Position numbers and translations under genes: made by a program. Shown one piece after another: positions 19,691-29,191 of a stretch of 64,000 bases of DNA; the first letter of the stretch is position 1, and each line of letters begins with the position of its first letter. The stretch comes from Candidatus Zhuqueibacterota bacterium (GTDB lineage Bacteria; Zhuqueibacterota; Zhuqueibacteria; Thermofontimicrobiales; Thermofontimicrobiaceae). The notes below the pieces were generated by a model, which saw nothing but the letters and a program-made list of their open reading frames with translations, did not search any database and was not told the origin of the DNA. The DNA lies in the NCBI GenBank assembly GCA_049322915.1, contig JBMOPW010000007.1:32001-96000 (forward strand), read 5' to 3'.

Positions 19691-22546
19691 ATGAAACGAA
19701 ATCAGTACATAATTTTATGTCTCTGGTTAGGATTGTCTCTTGTCACCTCCGGCTTTAGCCAGACCAAAGGCACAATCCGCGGACAGGTGCTGGATGCGGA
19801 GACCAAAACCGGCCTGCCCTCGGTGAATGTTCTGGTGCAGGGGACCTATTCCGGCGCGGCGACCGATATGGATGGAAATTTCACCATCCCCAATGTGAGT
19901 CCGGGCGATTTCACGCTGCAATTTTCCATGATTGGCTATACCATGGTGCAGAAGACCGGCGTGAAAGTGGTTGCCGGAGAAGTCACCCAGGTCGTCGTGG
20001 AACTGACTTCCACGGTGCTCGCCCTGGGCCAGGAAGTGATGGTCATCGGCGAAAAACCCCTGTTCAATATCGATGAAACATCCAGCCGGCGGACCCTGAC
20101 GAGTTCTGAAATTGAAAAGACCACGTTGAAAAGCGTCAAAGATATTGTCGCGGCGCAGGTAGGCGTCATCAAGACGGATGATGAAATCCATATTCGCGGC
20201 GGCCGAACCTACGAAAACGCCTTCCTGCTGGATGGTATTTCAGTGCAGGATCCCCTGTCCGGCACCGGCTTTGGCCTGCGTTTGAGTACCGACGCCATCG
20301 AAGAAGTGGAGATCATCACCGGCGGGTTCAACGCGGAATATGGCCAGGCCATGTCCGGCATCGTGGACGTCAAGACCAAAGAGGGCAGCGAGGTCTATCA
20401 CGCGTCCATCAGTTACAAGCGCGATAATATCGGCGTGTTCGACAAAGACACCCCGATCATCGGCAGTCTGAGCAAAGATAGCCCATACAGCTTCAACACC
20501 GATGTGGTGGAACTGAGCCTGTACGGGCCGGAACCCCTGACCCGGACGATTTTGCCGTCGCTGGGATTGAAGATTCCCGGCTCTCTGTATTTTTTTACCA
20601 ATGCCTACATGTACATCAGCGACGACTTCACCAAAGTCACAGCCGATCAACTGTATTCATCGACGTTTCACGGCGAAACGTTCGCTCCGCGTCAGATGAA
20701 CAACTGGTCCGGCATGGCGAAAATTACCTGGAGGATCGATCCGTCGCACAAACTCATCGCTTCATACAACCAGTCCGTGACCATCAACCAGAACACGCAG
20801 TCCCTGCAGACCAATCTGGAATACGTGCCGCCCGGCCCGGGATACCCCTATGAATATGAAAAAAATCTGGACAATTTCAATACGTTCACTCATTTGAACA
20901 ATCAGTTCAGTCTGCACTGGACGCAGACGGTCAGCAATAAAACCTTTTTCGAGATCAAGCTGTCGCGGTATTTCGCCAACCTGAGAAGCGACCTCAGAGG
21001 ACAGCACTGGACGACGTACCAGGAACCGAAGGACATCGTCACCCAGCCGATTCAATATTATTTTTCTCCGGACAGCACTGCCATCTATGTGATTCCCGGC
21101 GATGGTTTCTGGGACTATGGCAATTCCGATACCTGGCACGATCATTACGTGGAAGATTACACGCTGAAATTCGATATCTCCAGTCATCGCAGCGAGCGGC
21201 ACAAGATGAAGGCCGGCATTGAAATGAACTACCGCGAAATGCAATTGATCGATATTTACCGGCCCTGGTTCGGTGAATTGGGTTTGAACAACGATATTTA
21301 CAAAGTCCATCCGAATTTCGGCGCGGCCTATATTCAGGATAACATCACCTTCCGCGGTCTGATTGCCAACCTGGGTCTGCGTTTCGATTACTGGTTCCCC
21401 GGCGAATACGTGGATGATGCGGTGAAGGATCCTGAGGTGATCACCATCTCCGATGCCACGCGCCAGGCCTACACCGATGAAACGTACAGCCTGTTCGGCC
21501 ACCGCTGGAAGGGGCGACTGAGCCCCCGCATCGGCGTATCGCATCCCATCACCGACAACCAGATGCTGTTTTTTTCATACGGCCATTTTTCCAAAATGCC
21601 GCGCCCGCAGTTTGTCTACGCCAAGCTGGGCCGGTACAGCGCCAAGTCCACGTTTCAGAAATTTGGCAATCCCAACCTGAATCCTGAGACCACCGTCGCG
21701 TACGAACTTGGGCTGAAACACAAATTCACCGAGAACGACGTCTTCACCGTCACCACCTATTACCGCGATATTTTCGATTACGTCACCACGGTTTCGTTTC
21801 GCGGCTCAGGCCGACTGGCTGGCCGTTCGTTCATCACCTACATGAATCTCGATTACTCGCGGTCGCGCGGCGTTGAAATCGAATATAAAAAGCGCGCCGG
21901 ACGCTACTTCACCGGGTCGTTCAGTTTTTCATACTCCATTGCCACCGGCAAAAGTTCGAACCCGGACGATGCGCTGCTCGTTGCCCAGGGGAGTTTAGAA
22001 GAAAAACCCATCACTGAAAATTTCCTGATCTGGGATCGGCCGATTCAGGGCGCCGCCAGTTTCAATCTCTTCATGCCCAAGGAAAATACGCCGGCCTTCT
22101 ATGGCTGGAAAATTCCGGGCAATTGGAACTTCAATCTCCGTGTGACGCTTCAGTCCGGTAAACGATACACGCCCTATTATTTCACCGGCAGTTATCTGGA
22201 ATCGAGCACGGATTTGCGGCCGGAGTATCGCTCAGACGTGGATAACCCTTACAGCGAAATCGCGGATTACTGGATGTGGGCGGATTTGAATCTCGAGAAA
22301 TACTATAAAATCGCCAGGCTGAATGTGATATTTTCCATCGAGGTGTTGAATGTGTTCAATCGGAAAAATTCCAATATCATCAACCCGGTGACCGGGCAGG
22401 CTTACGAGTACGGTGACCCGACTCCCAATAGCTGGAACGATCCGCTCTACCCGGATGTCCAGGCGCCGCTGGACCCGTATCCGTACAACCCGGCGCGATA
22501 CTTGAATCCGAGGAATATCAAGCTCGGATTCAAATTGCGATTTTAG
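19691..22546 (+). CDS. TonB-dependent receptor
   Basis: Signal peptide, CarboxypepD_reg-like N-terminus, HIRGGR..E...LLDG, TGGFNAEYGQAMSG, GNPNLNPETT, C-terminal LGFKLRF. Confidence 0.92.
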   Translation: MKRNQYIILCLWLGLSLVTSGFSQTKGTIRGQVLDAETKTGLPSVNVLVQGTYSGAATDMDGNFTIPNVSPGDFTLQFSMIGYTMVQKTGVKVVAGEVTQVVVELTSTVLALGQEVMVIGEKPLFNIDETSSRRTLTSSEIEKTTLKSVKDIVAAQVGVIKTDDEIHIRGGRTYENAFLLDGISVQDPLSGTGFGLRLSTDAIEEVEIITGGFNAEYGQAMSGIVDVKTKEGSEVYHASISYKRDNIGVFDKDTPIIGSLSKDSPYSFNTDVVELSLYGPEPLTRTILPSLGLKIPGSLYFFTNAYMYISDDFTKVTADQLYSSTFHGETFAPRQMNNWSGMAKITWRIDPSHKLIASYNQSVTINQNTQSLQTNLEYVPPGPGYPYEYEKNLDNFNTFTHLNNQFSLHWTQTVSNKTFFEIKLSRYFANLRSDLRGQHWTTYQEPKDIVTQPIQYYFSPDSTAIYVIPGDGFWDYGNSDTWHDHYVEDYTLKFDISSHRSERHKMKAGIEMNYREMQLIDIYRPWFGELGLNNDIYKVHPNFGAAYIQDNITFRGLIANLGLRFDYWFPGEYVDDAVKDPEVITISDATRQAYTDETYSLFGHRWKGRLSPRIGVSHPITDNQMLFFSYGHFSKMPRPQFVYAKLGRYSAKSTFQKFGNPNLNPETTVAYELGLKHKFTENDVFTVTTYYRDIFDYVTTVSFRGSGRLAGRSFITYMNLDYSRSRGVEIEYKKRAGRYFTGSFSFSYSIATGKSSNPDDALLVAQGSLEEKPITENFLIWDRPIQGAASFNLFMPKENTPAFYGWKIPGNWNFNLRVTLQSGKRYTPYYFTGSYLESSTDLRPEYRSDVDNPYSEIADYWMWADLNLEKYYKIARLNVIFSIEVLNVFNRKNSNIINPVTGQAYEYGDPTPNSWNDPLYPDVQAPLDPYPYNPARYLNPRNIKLGFKLRF

Positions 22547-22721
22547 CCTGCCGGGAAAGAGAACAAATCCGGCAGGGAGAAGCCGCGCCGACCAGTTTCG
22601 CGGCCGATCACGTTCGCCGGGCTGCCGGTAGCGCGATGCCAGTCGCTTTCTTCGGCGTCTGGAAAAGTAGTTGAAAATAACGTGTCAGTCAATGGTAAAA
22701 AAGACTAACAGAAAAACGATT

Positions 22722-23714
22722 ATGAAAAGCAAAATAATCTTCACTCTTGTGACTTGTGTTTTTTTAATTTCGCTGCCAAATTCGAGTCAGGCTCAACTCA
22801 TACCAAATCTTGGCGGTCAGAGGAGCGGCACAGCGGCGGTGCAATTTTTCAAAATCGGTGTGGGCGCGCGCGCAGTGGGCATGGGCGGAACCTTTGTCGC
22901 CGTGGCCAACGATGCCTCAGCGCTGTACTGGAATCCGGCCGGGATTGTCGAATTCCGCTCCAATCAATTGTTTTTCTCGCACATCAACTGGCTCGTGGAC
23001 ATCAAACACGATTTTGTCGGCTACGTGCATCATATCGATGGCACCAATTCCATCGGAGTCAGCGTCACCACGCTTTACACGGACGACATGATGGAGACCA
23101 CCGAGTATCAGCCATTCGGAACCGGCAATTACTTCAGCTTCGGCGATGTGGCGTTGGGAGTTACCTACGGCCGCAAGATGACCGATCGGTTCAGTTTCGG
23201 CCTGACCCTGAAATATTTTGAGGAGACTCTGGCCGAATTTAAAATGTCCGGCTTGTTGGTGGACATTGGTACCTTTTATTGGACAGGATTCGGATCGAGC
23301 CGATTCGCGGTGTGCGTCTCCAACTTTGGCAATCAGATGAAACCGGACGGCAGTTACACCAACCGCGATGGCCGGGAAATTGGCGAGTTTCAGGAATTCT
23401 CGCCGCCGACGATTTTCAAAGTGGGATTTGCAGCGGAGTTGTACCAGACCGAGCTGCACCGCGTTACGTCCTCGGTGCAGTTGAATCATCCCAACGACAA
23501 CGCAGAGAATGTGAATCTGGGAATGGAATACGGCTGGCGCGAGTTCTTTTTCCTGCGCGGCGGCTACAAAGTGAACGTGGATGAGGAGACATTCAGCCTC
23601 GGCGCCGGCTGCAAAGTGCCGCTGAAAATCCTCGACTGCCTCGTCGATTTTTCCTATTCCGATTTCGGCCGGTTGGGGACCGTGTCGCGGTTCTCGGTAG
23701 CGATGAGTTATTGA
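22722..23714 (+). CDS. PorV/PorQ-family outer-membrane beta-barrel
   Basis: FFKIGVGARAVGMGG.FVAVANDASALYWNPAG; LGMEY...LRGGY; DFSYSDFGRLG. Confidence 0.85.
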   Translation: MKSKIIFTLVTCVFLISLPNSSQAQLIPNLGGQRSGTAAVQFFKIGVGARAVGMGGTFVAVANDASALYWNPAGIVEFRSNQLFFSHINWLVDIKHDFVGYVHHIDGTNSIGVSVTTLYTDDMMETTEYQPFGTGNYFSFGDVALGVTYGRKMTDRFSFGLTLKYFEETLAEFKMSGLLVDIGTFYWTGFGSSRFAVCVSNFGNQMKPDGSYTNRDGREIGEFQEFSPPTIFKVGFAAELYQTELHRVTSSVQLNHPNDNAENVNLGMEYGWREFFFLRGGYKVNVDEETFSLGAGCKVPLKILDCLVDFSYSDFGRLGTVSRFSVAMSY

Positions 23715-23793
23715 AAATTTGCACATGAGAGTGATTAAAAATAACCACAATGGGCGAAAATTTTTTTTGACAGGCTCCGCCATTTCGCGCGAT

Positions 23794-23853
23794 GGGGCTA
23801 AAGCCCGGAAGACGCGGCGGGATCGCGGAACCCCCGCCCTGAAGGGCAGGGCT
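23794..23853. repeat. IS200/IS605-end-like or REP-like hairpin pair (non-autonomous remnant)
   Basis: GGGGCTAAAGCCC and CCCCGCCCTGAAGGGCAGGG hairpins in the porV-rlmI gap. Confidence 0.4.
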
Positions 23854-24034
23854 GTTCAAATGTAGAGAACTGACTATTTCACGATTGATTGGTTCCGCCA
23901 TCTCGCGCGGTGGCCGAGGGAATTCAATCCGCGACCCGATTGTCGGGTATTTCGGATAAATAAAAACGTCGTCTCATTGTGCTGAACCGGCGTCGGTTCG
24001 GTACCATGAACGCATTGGGTAAAAAGGAGATACG

Positions 24035-25225
24035 GTGAACCAGGCAATACTTCATAAAGGACGAGAGCGCTCGCTTCTGCGGCGGCATCCCTGGGTGTTC
24101 TCCGGCGCCATCAGGAAGATCGACGGAAGCCCGGCCGCAGGTGAGACCATCGATGTGCTGTCGGATGAAGGCCAATTTGCAGCGCGGGGGGCCTATTCGC
24201 CAGAGTCGCAGATTCGGATTCGCGTCTGGACATTCGATGCATCCGAGACGATTGACGACGCATTTTTTGCAGGGCGAATCTCACACGCTGTCCGTCTGCG
24301 CGAAGCGCTGCGCATTCCGGAAGCGACGAATGCGTACCGTCTTGTTTCGGCAGAGGCGGATGGTTTACCGGGGCTCATTGTCGATCGATACGGCGATTGG
24401 CTGGTGTGTCAGTTTTTCAGCGCCGGAGTTGAATTCTGGAAAAAATCTATTTTCGAAGCGTTGAAAGCCGCGACCGGGGCGAGTCATTGCTTCGAACGCT
24501 CCGACGCTGATATTCGGAAAAAAGAGGGACTGTCCCTGACGAGCGGAACAGTATGGGGAGACGATCCGCCACGATGGATTGAAATGAATGAGCACGATGT
24601 CAAATTCTTCGTCGATATCAAAACCGGGCACAAGACCGGATTTTACCTGGATCAACGCGTCAATCGCCAGCTTGTGCGTTCGCATAGCGCCGGGGCTGAG
24701 GTGCTCAATTGCTTTGCCTATACCGGCGGGTTTGGCTTGGCTGCCTTGAAAGGTGGAGCAAAGCGCGTCACCAATGTGGAAGATGTGGCCGGATTAGTGG
24801 AGCAGATAGACAGGAATGTGCAACTCAATCAGTTCGCGCGCGAATCCTGTGAAAACGTGAAGGCGAATGTGTTTCATCTCCTGCGTCATTACAAGGATGA
24901 ACGCAAATTGTACGACGTCATTATTCTGGATCCCCCCAAGTTTGCCGAGACGAAGGGGCATTTGTCCCAGGCGAGCCGCGGCTATAAAGACATAAATCGA
25001 TTGGCGTTCGGCTTGCTCAAACCCGGGGGCATGCTTTTCACATTCTCGTGCTCCGGTCTGGTGAAAATGGACCTGTTCCAAAAAATAGTCGCTGACGCAG
25101 CCATCGACGCCGGCAGGGACGCACAGATTGTCAATTGGCTGGGACAAAGTCCGGATCATCCGGTCACGTTGCACATTCCTGAGACGAGCTATCTCAAGGG
25201 ATTGTGTCTGCGGGTGAATCATTAA
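24035..25225 (+). CDS. rlmI: 23S rRNA m5C1962-type SAM methyltransferase (RlmI family)
   Basis: RRHPWVFSGAI PUA domain, EADGLPGLIVDRY, GHKTGFYLDQR, LNCFAYTGGF, ILDPPKF, FSCSG, YLKG. Confidence 0.9.
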   Translation: MNQAILHKGRERSLLRRHPWVFSGAIRKIDGSPAAGETIDVLSDEGQFAARGAYSPESQIRIRVWTFDASETIDDAFFAGRISHAVRLREALRIPEATNAYRLVSAEADGLPGLIVDRYGDWLVCQFFSAGVEFWKKSIFEALKAATGASHCFERSDADIRKKEGLSLTSGTVWGDDPPRWIEMNEHDVKFFVDIKTGHKTGFYLDQRVNRQLVRSHSAGAEVLNCFAYTGGFGLAALKGGAKRVTNVEDVAGLVEQIDRNVQLNQFARESCENVKANVFHLLRHYKDERKLYDVIILDPPKFAETKGHLSQASRGYKDINRLAFGLLKPGGMLFTFSCSGLVKMDLFQKIVADAAIDAGRDAQIVNWLGQSPDHPVTLHIPETSYLKGLCLRVNH

Positions 25226-25344
25226 ATTGTCTGTGTTGCAGAAGGAATTGAGCGCGATTTCTTCCAACGATAAAAACATGCGTCACGATCAATTCAGGAA
25301 GTGTTAATATGAATCAACCAGGAACCATGCGAGGATTAAACGTA

Positions 25345-26433
25345 ATGACGAACTCGAAAGTGTTCATTGCTGCCGCGACCATCATTGTGTCAGTTGCCTT
25401 TTTGCTTCCCTCTTGCGGCGACAAGTATCCGCTGCCGGCCACGCCGAAAGACCAGAGCACGACCATCGGTGTGGGCGATACGACCTATATTCAGCAATAT
25501 CCTGACTGGGATGCGAGCAACGGCTTCAATCTGAGTTCTCCCACTGATATTCTTGTTGGCAACGAGCCGTATCTGTACATTGCTGATTCGGCAAATGACC
25601 GAATTTTGATGCTGGATTTGAATGGGAACAGGGTCGGCAGTTCGCAGCCAATTCCTGAGCCGACGTGCGTTTCTCAGGACGGCCGATTGAATCTTGTTGT
25701 TGTGAGCAATACCAATAAAATCTATAAAATTGACTTATATTCAGTCCAGCACAACATTGCCGCTGCAGAGGTGAAACTGGTCTATGAAGACGTCGATCAC
25801 CCCAATCGGCAGTTTACGTCGGTTGCCGCCTGGCACGGAACCCAGAGCGGTTCTGTCGAATTGGAGCAGTGGTATTACGTCACGGTGAATGGGCCGGATA
25901 AACGGGATAATGCCATTTTTTACTTCTCTCCAAAGACGGACGATGAGGATGAGTTGATTGGCCCCATCAACATGGAGCCCAATGGCACCGGCATGTTTTC
26001 GACAGCCACTCCCTGCGGCATTACCATCACCAAAAGTTTCAACGGCGCGACCGGCTATTTCGATTTTATCTTCTCGCAGAAAGGTGATAATTTTTATAAA
26101 GTCCAGTGGATCACGTCCAATGTGTACGGCTTCGCCATTAAATTGAATCCGGCCACCAGTCCCACCGACATTTTTGCCCAGGGAAAATTTTCCGCTCCGG
26201 AGGATGTCACCATCGATGAACAGGGCAACATTTTTGTCGTGGATGCGCACCAGCATCGGTTGTTCAAGTTCAATTCGTCCGGGGTTGAAATGCACTCGTT
26301 CGGCGAATTTGGCGACGGCGAAAAACAATTCCACCGTCCCATGGGCGTGGCCTATTTCGATAAGACAGTGTACGTGGCAGATACCGGCAACAATCGAATC
26401 CTCCGATTCAAGCTGTCCACCGATATTCAATAG
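25345..26433 (+). CDS. NHL-repeat (beta-propeller) lipoprotein
   Basis: Lipobox LPSC; LSSPTDI..YIADSANDRI, FSAPEDVTID..GNIFVVD, FHRPMGVA..VYVADTGNNRILRF. Confidence 0.8.
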   Translation: MTNSKVFIAAATIIVSVAFLLPSCGDKYPLPATPKDQSTTIGVGDTTYIQQYPDWDASNGFNLSSPTDILVGNEPYLYIADSANDRILMLDLNGNRVGSSQPIPEPTCVSQDGRLNLVVVSNTNKIYKIDLYSVQHNIAAAEVKLVYEDVDHPNRQFTSVAAWHGTQSGSVELEQWYYVTVNGPDKRDNAIFYFSPKTDDEDELIGPINMEPNGTGMFSTATPCGITITKSFNGATGYFDFIFSQKGDNFYKVQWITSNVYGFAIKLNPATSPTDIFAQGKFSAPEDVTIDEQGNIFVVDAHQHRLFKFNSSGVEMHSFGEFGDGEKQFHRPMGVAYFDKTVYVADTGNNRILRFKLSTDIQ

Positions 26434-26712
26434 CGCCTCACTCTCTCGCCGGGAGCGCGACGCTTTTTTCATACAGCCCGCAGCCGCATTTTACCCGAAT
26501 CCCCTTCACCTCGTTGAGAAATTCGGTGCAACAGGGGAACGCTTCCAAAAGTCAGTGCGATAGGGGGCCGCGGCGCGCGAAATTCCCGCAGAGAAACAAT
26601 GCCTGCCTTTTTTCATTTTCCCTTCAACCATCACAGCACGCGATGCTCCCCGTGAGCAGCGCTGCGTTTTATCATTTTGAACTGATATTGATGAACAGGA
26701 GACAAAATTTAT

Positions 26713-29115
26713 ATGGCGATCGATTTATTGAAACTGCTGGATTATGAACCGCCCATGGGAGATCTGGGCGTCAAACCATCGTTATCGTTCTGCCGGGGAA
26801 TATGGACTCGACCAATTGCCGGTGAGGATGATGCGCCGGCGCTTCGGATCATTCATGCGCGAATTTTACAGATGCACGCGCCGGCTCGCTTGAGCCGTCT
26901 GGGACTGATGCGCGCGCCCGGCTACCACAAATGCGGCAGCCGCCAGGATCCGGACTGGGTGGTTTCGTTTCGTGTGCTGATTTGGAAAGACGATCAGTGG
27001 CAGGTGCTGCGGCATGAACAGGATGTGGACTGCTGCGCCGAGAACTCGATGCTATGGTTCGATCTGGGCGATGCCATCACCTCCGCGGTCATCGTGGAAA
27101 TTCGCAAAGCTGGCGTGGATGAATGGTGGACGTCGTGGAATCTGGCCGCCGGTGGAATGATCATCGAGGGGGAGCCGTTGGGAAAGATTGAGCCGCGGGA
27201 CGAAAAAACGCTGGCCAGCCAGCATGTCTCGCTGGCCGGCTTGCCGCAGGGCGTTTCAGCGCAGCGCCTGGCCGGACAGGTGCGATATCGCACCCGATTT
27301 TTCGACGTGGGATTTTTTTTGAATCGCGCCGGTTTTTCTTTTCTCAGCATCGACGGTGAAGGTCAGGGGAAATTTTCTCAGAACCTTTTGAAAATTCAGC
27401 CTGGCGTTTTTTATCAGGGAATTCAACTGCACCCGGTTGGCGGCAGGCCGATAGCGGCGCCAACGCTGCGGTACAATGTGGAAGGCCACACTTCGGTGAT
27501 CGGCAACCATATCGCCTATGACGTGACGCTGAATGAAGTCGGCCTGAATTACCGGCTGGCCTGGGAAATTCACGACGATCGCCTCGTGCTCCGGGCAGAG
27601 CGGACGGCTGAAACTGCTCTCCGCGCGTGGACCAGCAGCGCGTGGACAATGGGCATTCAACCCACTGTGTCGCCGGTGAATGTGTTGGGCGCTATCACCC
27701 GATCCGGCGAGACCGGCAATTTGTCGCTGCCGGTCATCGTGCATGCCCCCACTGCCGGCAGCCTGAAAATCCAGGCTTTGAATCCCGGAACGCTGTGGCG
27801 TTTTGATGCGTTTCGGCCCATCGATTTGATCATCAATGAACTGAAGCTGGGCGAGGCGCCGCAGCCAGAGGGCGATTATTTGATTCCCGCGGGTCAGTTT
27901 CAGACAGAACTGGAAATAAGCATCACCGAACCGGCTCTTTCGTTGCGGCGTTCAGCCCCGGAAGAATTGAAAAGGGCGATCCGAAAGACCGCGTTTACAG
28001 CGCTCACCTATCGACCGGATACGGCCACGTTGAGCAATAACAGCGCATCCATTCACTGCCCGATCAGCATGGATAACTGGTCGGCGATTACGACGCGGAT
28101 GGGGGAGCTCCTCCCCGGACTGAAGGCGGTCGATCTGCTGCGAGCGTCCCTGGAGCGCTGGCTGGATGGCGGACCTGGCTATTCCAGCGGAAAGCTGTTG
28201 CACGAGGGCGAATCCCATGACGCAGAGGACGAATATCTGATGACCGGCGCGGCGTGTCTGCTTGGACTGGCAGAATATCTCAGCCGGGCAGCTTCGCCGG
28301 AATGGGTGACGCGCTACCTTCATCCCATTCAGCGACAGGTGAAGAAAATGCGCGCCCGCGATCTGGACGATGATGGCCTCATCGAGAGCGACTACCGGAC
28401 GGGCATAAGCGGCAGCGGCCAATGGAGCACCTGTTGGTGGGACGTCATTTCCTTTGGCTGGAAAGACGCCTTTGCCAACGCCTTGCTCTACGCCGCGCTG
28501 AATACGCTTGCGCAATCGCTGCCGAAATTGGGAGTGACTGACGTGGGTGTGGATTTGAACGCATGGGCGGAAAAATTGCACGGCCGGTATTTTCCCACGT
28601 TCTTCAATCCTGAGACTGGCTGGCTGGCTGGCTGGCGCTGCAAAAAGAATCAGTTGCACGATCATGCGTTCCTGTTCGTGAACGGCGTCGCCATCAGCAA
28701 TGGGCTGGTGGAGCCTGAGCCGGCGCGGACCATCATGGAAAAACTCTGGCAGGAGACAAAGCGGGTGAATATGCCGGACCCGATCTACGGTCTGCCCGGC
28801 AATTTATGGCACATCCCGGACGCAGATCTCGCGGACATCATGCAGGGTTATCCCCTGGGCTATTATCAGAATGGCGGTCGGACGCATTCTCAGGCGCGGC
28901 ATTTTGTCAATGCGCTTTACGCTGTGGGCATGACGGAAGAAGCTGATTTTGTGCTGCGACGTCTGGCACTGGGACTGGCTGAAGGGCTTGTCTTTGGCGG
29001 CTGCAAATCCGGCGTGGATTGGCGGTTCTGGGACGATCGTCCCAGCGGCTACGAAGGATTGCTGACCGATCAGTTCGGCGTGCTGGCGGTTATCCTGGAA
29101 CGGTACCGGGAGTGA
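26713..29115 (+). CDS. Hypothetical six-hairpin (alpha/alpha)6 glycoside hydrolase-like protein, cytoplasmic
   Basis: DLDDDGLIE...WWD...KDAFANALLYAAL..LA and YQNGG segments typical of GH78/GH63/GH116-like barrels; no signal peptide. Confidence 0.55.
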   Translation: MAIDLLKLLDYEPPMGDLGVKPSLSFCRGIWTRPIAGEDDAPALRIIHARILQMHAPARLSRLGLMRAPGYHKCGSRQDPDWVVSFRVLIWKDDQWQVLRHEQDVDCCAENSMLWFDLGDAITSAVIVEIRKAGVDEWWTSWNLAAGGMIIEGEPLGKIEPRDEKTLASQHVSLAGLPQGVSAQRLAGQVRYRTRFFDVGFFLNRAGFSFLSIDGEGQGKFSQNLLKIQPGVFYQGIQLHPVGGRPIAAPTLRYNVEGHTSVIGNHIAYDVTLNEVGLNYRLAWEIHDDRLVLRAERTAETALRAWTSSAWTMGIQPTVSPVNVLGAITRSGETGNLSLPVIVHAPTAGSLKIQALNPGTLWRFDAFRPIDLIINELKLGEAPQPEGDYLIPAGQFQTELEISITEPALSLRRSAPEELKRAIRKTAFTALTYRPDTATLSNNSASIHCPISMDNWSAITTRMGELLPGLKAVDLLRASLERWLDGGPGYSSGKLLHEGESHDAEDEYLMTGAACLLGLAEYLSRAASPEWVTRYLHPIQRQVKKMRARDLDDDGLIESDYRTGISGSGQWSTCWWDVISFGWKDAFANALLYAALNTLAQSLPKLGVTDVGVDLNAWAEKLHGRYFPTFFNPETGWLAGWRCKKNQLHDHAFLFVNGVAISNGLVEPEPARTIMEKLWQETKRVNMPDPIYGLPGNLWHIPDADLADIMQGYPLGYYQNGGRTHSQARHFVNALYAVGMTEEADFVLRRLALGLAEGLVFGGCKSGVDWRFWDDRPSGYEGLLTDQFGVLAVILERYRE

Positions 29116-29191
29116 TTCAAAAAATAGACGCGGACCCTACATTCCATCTCTCCATTGAGGGCCCGCGTTTTACCATAGTATCAATGCTGCG

